From an uncultured Bacteroidota bacterium (GTDB lineage Bacteria; Bacteroidota; Bacteroidia; Flavobacteriales; Flavobacteriaceae), in NCBI GenBank assembly GCA_902515395.1, contig CABXUL010000005.1, forward strand, positions 9,958 through 73,957: DNA of 64,000 nucleotides, in the 5' to 3' direction. Position numbers and translations under genes: made by a program. Under the pieces are notes generated by a model. The model worked only from the letters and a program-made list of their open reading frames with translations. It was not told where the DNA came from and made no database searches. Shown in pieces: positions 56,323 to 64,000 of the stretch (position 1 is the first letter of the stretch; each line of letters opens with the position of its first letter).

Positions 56323-59169
56323 ATGCAACAAGATGAATTTTCTCTACGCCATATAGGTCCAAGTGAGGGTGATATAAAAAAAATGTTATCAAGTTTGGAT
56401 GTCGAGTCCATAGAGGAGCTTTTGACTCAGACAATCCCTCAAGAAATTAGATTAAATTCTCCTCTCTCACTACCGAAGGGGATTAGTGAAAATAAATTTC
56501 TAAATGAACTACGTGCCTTATCCGATGAAAATAAACTATTTGAAACCTACATTGGTTTAGGATACCACCCCACGGTTACACCAGCTGTAATCCAAAGAAA
56601 TATTTTAGAAAACCCTGGATGGTATACTGCCTACACCCCCTACCAGGCTGAAATTGCTCAAGGGAGATTAGAGGCGCTTTTCAACTTTCAAACCATGGTT
56701 TGTGATTTGACTGGAATGGAGTTATCTAATGCCTCTCTTCTTGACGAAAGTACTGCAGCAGCAGAGGCTATGTCTATGATTTATGAACTTAGATCGAAAG
56801 ATCAGAAAAAAAATAATGCCTCAAAAATATTTTTGTCTGATCAGATTCTACCTCAAACACTTGCTGTTTTAAAAACAAGAGCAGCTCCTCTTAAAATTGA
56901 ATTAGTTGTTGGTAACGAGATGGATTTTAATTACGATGAAACCTTTTTTGGAGCACTATTTCAATATCCAGGAAAATTTGGAGAAATAATCGATTTACCC
57001 TCTGCGATTAATAAAGCAAAAACATTCAATATAAAAACTATTGTAGCTGCAGATTTATTGAGTTTAACTCTTTTAGAGGCACCTGGTGAATACGGCGTTG
57101 ATGTGGTAGTGGGGACCACCCAACGCTTTGGAATTCCATTGGGTTATGGTGGTCCCCATGCTGCTTATTTTGCAACTAAAGTAGACTACAAAAGACATAT
57201 TCCAGGAAGGATCATTGGACAGACTATTGATCAAGATGGAAACCCTGCCCTACGTATGGCTTTACAAACAAGGGAACAACATATCAAACGGGATCGCGCT
57301 ACTTCAAATATTTGTACCGCTCAAGTTTTATTGGCGGTAATGGCAGGAATGTATAGCGTTTATCATGGTCCCAAAGGATTAAAAAAAATCGCAAAAAAAA
57401 TTCATTTAAACACTGCTAAGCTTGAAAAGAAACTTACAGATCTAGGACTTACTCAGCTCAACACTTATTATTTTGATACTCTCAGAATTAAAGTTCAAGC
57501 TGATAAAATCAGAGAAGTAGCTGAAAAAAAAGAAATTAATTTTCTATATATTGATGACCAGACCGTGGGAATAAGTATCAATGAAATATGTGATGAAGTT
57601 GCCTTACTCAAAATTCTAACTGTATTTGAAGAAGTAACCCTCCAAAAAAATATTACTGGAAAAGTCAAAATTGATCATCACCGCTATCCGGTAGGTCAGA
57701 AAAGGGTTAGTACTTTTTTGGAGCACAAGGTTTTTAATTCCCATCACTCGGAGACCTCTTTGATGCGATATATAAAATTACTTGAGAGAAAAGATTTGGC
57801 ACTAAATCACTCCATGATTTCCTTGGGATCCTGCACTATGAAATTAAATGCAGCAGCAGAAATGCTACCTTTAAGTTGGCCCAGATGGTCTGCACTTCAT
57901 CCATTTGTCCCAAATAATCAAGCACAAGGATATCAGAAAATGCTTTTTAGTTTGGAATCTCAACTTAGTGAGATTACTGGGTTTTACGCCACATCTCTAC
58001 AACCCAATTCAGGTGCTCAAGGAGAATATTCTGGCCTGATGGTGATCCGAGCATATCACAATGCAAATGGAGAGGACTATAGAAACATCTGTTTGATACC
58101 GTCTTCTGCCCATGGAACAAACCCAGCCTCAGCTGTCATGGCAGGTATGAAAGTTGTCGTTGTCAAAACTGATGAATCGGGAAATATTGACTGGAAAGAT
58201 CTCTCTCAAAAAGCTGAAGAGAATAGTGAAAATCTAGCTGCACTGATGATCACTTACCCTTCAACCCATGGGGTTTTTGAAACCAATATCAGACAGATAA
58301 CTGATAAAATTCATGCATGTGGTGGTCAGGTTTATATGGATGGTGCAAACATGAATGCTCAAGTTGGACTGACAAACCCCAAAATAATTGGGTCTGATGT
58401 ATGCCACCTTAACTTACATAAAACCTTTGCCATCCCCCATGGAGGCGGTGGTCCAGGCGTTGGTCCAATTTGTGTAGCGGAACATTTAGCCAGGTTCCTT
58501 CCCTCACATCCAATAGTCAAAACGGGTGGGGAAGAAAGTATTGATGCTCTATCTGCTGCGCCATGGGGATCTGCTTCGGCTTGTTTAATTTCTTATGGAT
58601 ATGTCAAAATGCTTGGAGCTAAAGGTTTAAAACGTGCAAGTGAAATCGCCATTTTAAATGCTAATTATATAAAGAAAAGGCTAGAAGGAGCTTTTGATAT
58701 TCTGTATACTGGAGCTAATGGAAGATCTGCTCATGAATTGATTATCGATTGCCGACCATTCAAAAATCAAAACGTCGAAGTGGTAGATATCGCCAAAAGA
58801 TTAATAGATTATGGCTTTCATGCTCCAACAGTTTCTTTTCCAGTCTCAGGAACTATGATGATTGAGCCCACTGAGAGTGAAAGCTTAGAAGAAATTAACC
58901 GTTTTTGTGATGCAATGATCTCAATAAGAATGGAGATAAATTGTAAGGACGCATCAAGTGAAATGATACTAAAAAATGCCCCTCATACACTTATGATGGT
59001 CAGTGGAGATGTATGGGAATTACCATACACAAGACAAAAAGCAGCTTATCCGCTGGCATATGTTTCTGAGAATAAATTCTGGCCCTCTGTAAGAAGAGTT
59101 GATGAAGCATTTGGCGATCGTAATTTAATTTGTAGCTGTGCTTCAATCGATAGTTATGTAAACATTTAA
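56323..59169 (+). CDS. gcvP: Glycine dehydrogenase (decarboxylating), single-chain P-protein
   Basis: 948 aa. GWYTAYTPYQAEI(A/S)QGRLE motif and the PLP-lysine region CHLNLHKTFAIPHGGGGPG. Confidence 0.95.
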   Translation: MQQDEFSLRHIGPSEGDIKKMLSSLDVESIEELLTQTIPQEIRLNSPLSLPKGISENKFLNELRALSDENKLFETYIGLGYHPTVTPAVIQRNILENPGWYTAYTPYQAEIAQGRLEALFNFQTMVCDLTGMELSNASLLDESTAAAEAMSMIYELRSKDQKKNNASKIFLSDQILPQTLAVLKTRAAPLKIELVVGNEMDFNYDETFFGALFQYPGKFGEIIDLPSAINKAKTFNIKTIVAADLLSLTLLEAPGEYGVDVVVGTTQRFGIPLGYGGPHAAYFATKVDYKRHIPGRIIGQTIDQDGNPALRMALQTREQHIKRDRATSNICTAQVLLAVMAGMYSVYHGPKGLKKIAKKIHLNTAKLEKKLTDLGLTQLNTYYFDTLRIKVQADKIREVAEKKEINFLYIDDQTVGISINEICDEVALLKILTVFEEVTLQKNITGKVKIDHHRYPVGQKRVSTFLEHKVFNSHHSETSLMRYIKLLERKDLALNHSMISLGSCTMKLNAAAEMLPLSWPRWSALHPFVPNNQAQGYQKMLFSLESQLSEITGFYATSLQPNSGAQGEYSGLMVIRAYHNANGEDYRNICLIPSSAHGTNPASAVMAGMKVVVVKTDESGNIDWKDLSQKAEENSENLAALMITYPSTHGVFETNIRQITDKIHACGGQVYMDGANMNAQVGLTNPKIIGSDVCHLNLHKTFAIPHGGGGPGVGPICVAEHLARFLPSHPIVKTGGEESIDALSAAPWGSASACLISYGYVKMLGAKGLKRASEIAILNANYIKKRLEGAFDILYTGANGRSAHELIIDCRPFKNQNVEVVDIAKRLIDYGFHAPTVSFPVSGTMMIEPTESESLEEINRFCDAMISIRMEINCKDASSEMILKNAPHTLMMVSGDVWELPYTRQKAAYPLAYVSENKFWPSVRRVDEAFGDRNLICSCASIDSYVNI

Positions 59170-59292
59170 TTAACAGTATTTTAAGCTATTATTTAAGTCT
59201 ATTTTTCAACTTTCAAACTATATTGAATATCGTCATGTTTTTTTAAAACTCTAGCAATAATTTTCATTTAAACATTACTATTGTCCTGTATT

Positions 59293-60354
59293 ATGAGTTT
59301 TAAAATAACAGGTAGCGGTAGTTTTATTCCATCAGTTGTCGAAAATAATGATAAGTTTTTAAGTAGTTCTTTTTGTGACGAGTCAGGAACTGAATTTGAT
59401 ATTGACAACCAAACTATTATTAATAAATTCAATTCTATTACAGGAATCGTTGAGAGAAAATATATTTCCTCAGATTTAACTACTTCAGATATTGCTTTCC
59501 AGGCGGCTAAAAACGCTTTAAAAGATGCTAACATTGATCCAGAAACATTAGATTATATTATTGTAGCTCACAATTTTGGAGACATAACCTGCAACAGTAA
59601 TCAAGTTGACACCCTACCAAGTCTAGCGTCTCGAGTGAAGTCAAAATTGAAAATTAAAAATCCTGAATGTGTTGCATATGATATTTTATTTGGCTGCCCA
59701 GGCTGGGTTGAGGGAATGATTCAAGCACAGGCATTTATGAAGGCTGAAATGGCAAAAAAATGCTTAATTATTGGAGCAGATGCTCTTTCTCGAGTGATTG
59801 ATCCTCATGACCGAGACTCAATGATCTATGCAGATGGAGCGGGAGCGACAATCCTAGAAAAGTGTAATCTTGAGGGTGGAATTTTATCTCATAGCACCTT
59901 GACTTTCACCGCTGAGGACGAAGCTGACTTTATTTTTTATGGTGAATCCCATAATAAAACGGAGTGTAATGGTGACAAATTTATTAAAATGCAAGGGCGA
60001 AAAGTATACGAATTTGCTTTGATAAATGTACCTGCAGCCATGAAAAAATGCCTCGATCATTCTGGAATTCCAATAGAAAATCTCAAGAAAATCTTTATAC
60101 ACCAAGCCAATAAAAAAATGGATGAAGCAATTGTCAAAAGATTCTTTAGACTTTACAAAGCTCCAATGCCTAATGATATTCTCCCAATGAATATTGAGGA
60201 ATTTGGTAATAGCTCAGTAGCTACGGTACCTACATTATTTAATTTAGTCCTCAAAAAAAACTATATGGGACACTCAATTTCTAAAGGAGATATCATTTTA
60301 TTTGCCAGTGTTGGAGCGGGCATGAATATTAATGCCATCACTTATCAAGTTTAA
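59293..60354 (+). CDS. 3-oxoacyl-ACP synthase III family (FabH-like KAS III)
   Basis: Cys-His-Asn triad contexts FGCPGW, HQANKKM and GNSSVAT. Start placed at ATG 59293 (MSFKITGSGSFIP). Confidence 0.8.
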   Translation: MSFKITGSGSFIPSVVENNDKFLSSSFCDESGTEFDIDNQTIINKFNSITGIVERKYISSDLTTSDIAFQAAKNALKDANIDPETLDYIIVAHNFGDITCNSNQVDTLPSLASRVKSKLKIKNPECVAYDILFGCPGWVEGMIQAQAFMKAEMAKKCLIIGADALSRVIDPHDRDSMIYADGAGATILEKCNLEGGILSHSTLTFTAEDEADFIFYGESHNKTECNGDKFIKMQGRKVYEFALINVPAAMKKCLDHSGIPIENLKKIFIHQANKKMDEAIVKRFFRLYKAPMPNDILPMNIEEFGNSSVATVPTLFNLVLKKNYMGHSISKGDIILFASVGAGMNINAITYQV

Positions 60355-60413
60355 ATGCCGCTTGATAAATAAACCCAACTATAATAACGGTTAATTACGT
60401 AAATTTGTATTGT

Positions 60414-61154
60414 ATGAGAGTATTTCGGAATATAGGTACTTACTCTATTATGATAGGGAAGGTGTTTGGGAGATTCACTAGGTGGAGTGTGATGAAAGGT
60501 CTTATCATTAAGGAAATCGACTCATTGATTATAGGATCAATCGGAATAGTATCATTCATATCATTTTTTGTTGGTGGGGTAGTCGCAATACAAACAGCCT
60601 TAAACTTAAACAACCCGCTTTTGCCTAAAAACCTCATTGGATTTGCTACAAGACAATCTGTTATTTTAGAATTTGCTCCCACATTTATCTCAGTCATCAT
60701 GGCTGGTAAAGTAGGCTCATTTATAACATCTAGCCTTGGTACAATGCGTGTTACAGAGCAAATTGATGCTTTAAAAGTAATGGGGATTAATACTTATAAT
60801 TATCTAATTTTCCCAAAGATAGTTGCTTTACTTCTTTATCCCTTTATTATTACCATTTCAATGTTCTTGGGAATTTTTGGAGGCTATGTAGCTTCAATTT
60901 ATGGGGGGTTTTGCTCTAGTGCTGATTTTATTGAAGGGATACAATTAGATTTCATACCGTTTCACATAAGCTATGCTTTCATTAAAACTGCTTTTTTTGC
61001 TTTTATTTTAGCTACTATTCCATCCTATCATGGGTATTTCCTTAAGGGGGGCGCTCTAGAGGTTGGTAAAGCAAGTACAACATCTTTTGTATGGACTAGT
61101 GTATTGATTATTGTAACTAATTACATTATAACCCAATTGTTACTCACATCATGA
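60414..61154 (+). CDS. MlaE-family ABC transporter permease
   Basis: Polytopic protein with the MRVTEQIDALKVMGIN motif typical of MlaE/YrbE permeases. Start placed at ATG 60414. Confidence 0.8.
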   Translation: MRVFRNIGTYSIMIGKVFGRFTRWSVMKGLIIKEIDSLIIGSIGIVSFISFFVGGVVAIQTALNLNNPLLPKNLIGFATRQSVILEFAPTFISVIMAGKVGSFITSSLGTMRVTEQIDALKVMGINTYNYLIFPKIVALLLYPFIITISMFLGIFGGYVASIYGGFCSSADFIEGIQLDFIPFHISYAFIKTAFFAFILATIPSYHGYFLKGGALEVGKASTTSFVWTSVLIIVTNYIITQLLLTS

Positions 61155-61921
61155 TTACTATAAAAAATTTAAATAAAACCTTTGCTGGAGCGGTCGTTCT
61201 AAATGATATTTCAACTGAATTTGAAAATGGTAAAACCAATTTGATAATTGGTCAAAGTGGGTCAGGTAAAACCGTATTATTAAAATGCATATTGGGACTA
61301 TTTGGTATTGACAGCGGCGAGATATTTTTTGACAAAAAGTCATTCCAAAAAATGAATATCAAACAAAGAAGCGTCATTAGACAGGAAATTGGAATGGTTT
61401 TTCAGGGAAGTGCACTTTTTGACTCTATGACAGTAGAAGAAAATATAATGTTTCCGATGCAAATGCTAACCCAGAAAGGATTTGAAGAAATGCAAGTTAG
61501 GGCCAATCAAGTAATTGAACGTGTTAATCTCGTTAATGCAAATAAAAAACTACCCTCTGAACTTTCAGGTGGTATGCAAAAAAGGGTTGCTATAGCCCGA
61601 GCGATTGTAATGAATCCTAAATACCTTTTTTGTGATGAACCAAATTCTGGTTTAGACCCTAAGACCTCGACTATTATTGACAATCTAATTCAGGAAATCA
61701 CAGAGGAATATGAAATCACTACAATAATTAATACTCATGACATGAATTCCGTTATGGAAATTGGTGAAAAGGTTTTATTCTTAGAAAATGGAAACAAGGG
61801 TTGGGAAGGTTCCAATAAAGAGGTTTTCAATACAGATAATCAAACAGTGAGTAACTTTATATACTCATCTAATCTCTTTAAAAAGGTTCGAAAAGTATAC
61901 AGAAACGAAAACGATAATTAA
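61151..61921 (+). CDS. MlaF-like ABC transporter ATP-binding protein
   Basis: Walker A GQSGSGKT, signature LSGGMQKR and Walker B LFCDEP. 4-nt overlap with the permease gene. Confidence 0.85.
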   Translation: MITIKNLNKTFAGAVVLNDISTEFENGKTNLIIGQSGSGKTVLLKCILGLFGIDSGEIFFDKKSFQKMNIKQRSVIRQEIGMVFQGSALFDSMTVEENIMFPMQMLTQKGFEEMQVRANQVIERVNLVNANKKLPSELSGGMQKRVAIARAIVMNPKYLFCDEPNSGLDPKTSTIIDNLIQEITEEYEITTIINTHDMNSVMEIGEKVLFLENGNKGWEGSNKEVFNTDNQTVSNFIYSSNLFKKVRKVYRNENDN

Positions 61922-62985
61922 TCTTCTAGTTTATTTTGAACTTTCTCTGAAAGGCCTTTCACTTCTTGATCTTTATCAATTGGACAGATCATCAATACAT
62001 CCTCACTATCAACGATTATAAAATCACTTAGACCTGAGATAACGATTTTCTTGTTAGGGTTTGATTTAATAAGATTATTGGATGATTGGTTTAAATAAAC
62101 TTTAGAATTAATAACAACATTTTTAGCTGCGTCTTTTGTATTTAAATCATATATCGATTTCCAACTTCCTAAATCATCCCAGTCAAAACTAGCAGGAATC
62201 ATGTTAATTAGATTAGACTTTTCCATCAGGGCATAATCAATAGAAATATTTTCTGCCAACGGATATTTTTTGGAAATAAACTTCTTTTCATCAGGGGTGT
62301 TTAATTTGCTAAATCCTGCATTAAATAAGTCAAAAAGCTTGGGTGCATTTTCTTTAAAACCATGTATCACAGCATTGACGGACCATACAAATATTCCAGA
62401 ATTCCAGTAGTAATTACCTGAATCAATCAGGGACTTTGCCTTATTCTCATCAGGCTTTTCAGTAAACTCCAAAACAGTTTTCAATCTATTCTCGTCTGCT
62501 ATTACAGAAATATATCCAAAGCCCGTAGCTGGGAAAGTAGGTTCAATCCCAAAGGTGATTAAATTTTCATTTCCTGCAGATGCTAGTGCAAATTCCATAT
62601 CACTTTTAAAAATCACTTCATTTTTAATACTGTGATCACTCGGTGAAACAATTATTATAGCGTTTGGATTACGTTTTTGAATTTTGAGACTAGCTAGAAG
62701 AATACAAGGGGCGGTATTTCTTCGATCTGGTTCAGAAATTATTTGATCCTCATTCAGTTTATCCCCCAATTGATTCAAAATTATTTTTCGGTATCGGAGT
62801 TGAGTTACTATATAAATATTTTCTGTAGGAACAATTTTTTCTAAACGGTTGAATGTAGTTTGAAGTAATGAACTGCCATTCCCTATCATGTCAATGAACT
62901 GCTTGGGATAATCTGGGGTACTTGAAGGCCAAAAGCGAGCTCCAATTCCACCTGCCATTACTATTGCAAAGTGATTATTGTCCAT
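61918..62985 (-). CDS. Mannose-1-phosphate guanylyltransferase (nucleotidyltransferase domain only)
   Basis: 355 aa with N-terminal AIVMAGGIGARFWP..YPKQF. Confidence 0.8.
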   Translation of the reverse strand: MDNNHFAIVMAGGIGARFWPSSTPDYPKQFIDMIGNGSSLLQTTFNRLEKIVPTENIYIVTQLRYRKIILNQLGDKLNEDQIISEPDRRNTAPCILLASLKIQKRNPNAIIIVSPSDHSIKNEVIFKSDMEFALASAGNENLITFGIEPTFPATGFGYISVIADENRLKTVLEFTEKPDENKAKSLIDSGNYYWNSGIFVWSVNAVIHGFKENAPKLFDLFNAGFSKLNTPDEKKFISKKYPLAENISIDYALMEKSNLINMIPASFDWDDLGSWKSIYDLNTKDAAKNVVINSKVYLNQSSNNLIKSNPNKKIVISGLSDFIIVDSEDVLMICPIDKDQEVKGLSEKVQNKLED

Positions 62986-63601
62986 TTCTTTGAATCCTTT
63001 TTACCTGAGCATGGGGGCTAAAAAAGTATTTTCTTCCGGTCGATACTTCATCACATTCATACTTTTTTTTTCTCTTTGAACCCAGAGCAAATTTTCTTCC
63101 ATTATCAGTCTTAAAAATTGTTCCATAATCCAATTCAAAAATATAGTTTTTTTCGGTTTCAGGGTCGAATTTATTAAGCTCAATGACAAGATTAAAATCA
63201 ACATCGGTAGAAGCTCTTGGATTCTTAAAATGAAGAGCCAGTAAATTAAGTAGATCCTTTGGGAAAATTTTAGGGTTTAAAAAAGGAGTCATTAATTTCT
63301 GGTAGCAACTTTTCCATTCCTTGCCGTGAGGCTTTATAGAATACCCGAAATCCTTGAAGGCCACCAGATGTGCAATTTCGTGAATTAGTGTAATAAGAAA
63401 GCGATACGGATTTGAAGAGTTATTGACTGAAATTCGATGAACTCCTTTTGAAAGCATCCTAAAATCTCCGTGTTTAGTATTACGTCTTGGGACTATAAGC
63501 AAGTTAACTTTCCAATAATTAAAGTATTTGGAAAGAACTGGTATTGCAGCATTTGGCACATAATCTTGGAAAACATAGATCTGATCTTGAATTTTATTCA
63601 T
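62975..63601 (-). CDS. SprT-like zinc metallopeptidase-domain protein
   Basis: 208 aa with HEIAH (HExxH) in the context LITLIHEIAHLVAF. Confidence 0.7.
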   Translation of the reverse strand: MNKIQDQIYVFQDYVPNAAIPVLSKYFNYWKVNLLIVPRRNTKHGDFRMLSKGVHRISVNNSSNPYRFLITLIHEIAHLVAFKDFGYSIKPHGKEWKSCYQKLMTPFLNPKIFPKDLLNLLALHFKNPRASTDVDFNLVIELNKFDPETEKNYIFELDYGTIFKTDNGRKFALGSKRKKKYECDEVSTGRKYFFSPHAQVKRIQRNGQ

Positions 63602-64000
63602 GGCGTGCTAGAGGAGATAGGTAATACTTTTCCATTGTAGAGCTGTTGACCCTTAAGAGCAAACTCAAGAATGTAAGTCGCCATTTTCTTTGCAGAAATA
63701 GGGGCTTTATAACCGGGAAAAGCTTCTTCTAACATTTCAGTTTGGACGGCTCCCAATGCCAAAGCATTAAAAGCGGGGCCACTTTCTTTAAATTCCTCCG
63801 CCAATAATTCAGTTAGAATAATTAGTCCTGCTTTGCTACTTGAATAGGCAGACAAACCAGGAAATTTGGTAGTTCCTTGCACCCCTCCCATACTGCTAAT
63901 ATTTACCACATGCCCTTGCGATGTCATCATGGGAAAAATTAGACGAATTAATGACGCTACTGCAAAAATATTAACCTGATAAACTTTTTTAAATTCCTCG
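63598..64000 (-). CDS. Short-chain dehydrogenase/reductase, C-terminal part (5' end outside window)
   Basis: The frame stays open to the window edge (EEFKKVYQVNIFAVASLIRLIFPMM...). NISSMGG and the catalytic YSSSKAG (Y-x-x-x-K) are present. Confidence 0.75.
   Translation of the reverse strand, partial: EEFKKVYQVNIFAVASLIRLIFPMMTSQGHVVNISSMGGVQGTTKFPGLSAYSSSKAGLIILTELLAEEFKESGPAFNALALGAVQTEMLEEAFPGYKAPISAKKMATYILEFALKGQQLYNGKVLPISSSTP

Noticed and set aside
60400-60407. TAAATTTG box just upstream of mlaE
   Set aside because: It ends only 6 nt before the preferred ATG. By a rough base-composition estimate, TAnnTTTG matches are expected by chance about every 1-2 kb per strand in this DNA.
1-64000. 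Search for CRISPR arrays, IS elements/transposases, integrases, prophage genes, toxin-antitoxin, restriction-modification or other known defence hallmarks, and for rRNA, tmRNA, RNase P or SRP RNA
   Set aside because: No spaced repeat arrays, no DDE, tyrosine- or serine-recombinase-like ORFs, and no recognisable defence domains in any listed ORF. No conserved ncRNA cores were spotted by eye, though a covariance-model scan would still be needed to exclude small ncRNAs.

Overview
AT-rich (roughly one-third G+C by eye), densely coding chromosomal segment. Gene content and promoter style (TAnnTTTG -7 boxes) fit a Bacteroidota / Flavobacteriia genome. I support about 58 protein genes, one tRNA-Arg(UCG) with an intrinsic terminator, and one decayed tRNA-like fragment. 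Core content: 3' part of rpoD; rpe; a complete co-directional dcw cluster (mraZ-rsmH-ftsL-like-ftsI-murE-mraY-murD-ftsW-murG-murC-ftsQ-ftsA-ftsZ) followed by yqeY; engB; gldB/gldC; nadE; dnaG; rlmN; queA; aroA; adk-obg-TPR-mpl; purK/purE; an M3 peptidase; gcvP; a KAS III; Mla-type ABC genes; a mannose-1-P guanylyltransferase. Accessory-looking content: (i) a head-to-head GH15 / fused OtsA-OtsB trehalose pair; (ii) a secreted CAZyme/sulfatase cluster at 6.8-15.9 kb (SGNH esterase, unassigned beta-propeller, GH39-like, GH32, S1 sulfatase, PL8-like lyase) with no SusC/SusD, ending at the tRNA locus; (iii) a beta-trefoil-like lipoprotein after the tRNA; (iv) a 1.9-kb segment between nadE and dnaG carrying a seven-repeat propeller lipoprotein, a translationally coupled 60-aa ORF and unusually long AT-rich non-coding DNA. 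I saw no rRNA, CRISPR array, transposase/integrase, phage gene or recognisable defence, TA or RM genes. I did not find a convincing new multi-gene system. The best candidates for something undescribed are the unassigned propeller inside the CAZyme cluster, the odd enzyme mix of that cluster, and the nadE-dnaG insert. All family calls come from motif recognition by eye and need HMM or structure searches.
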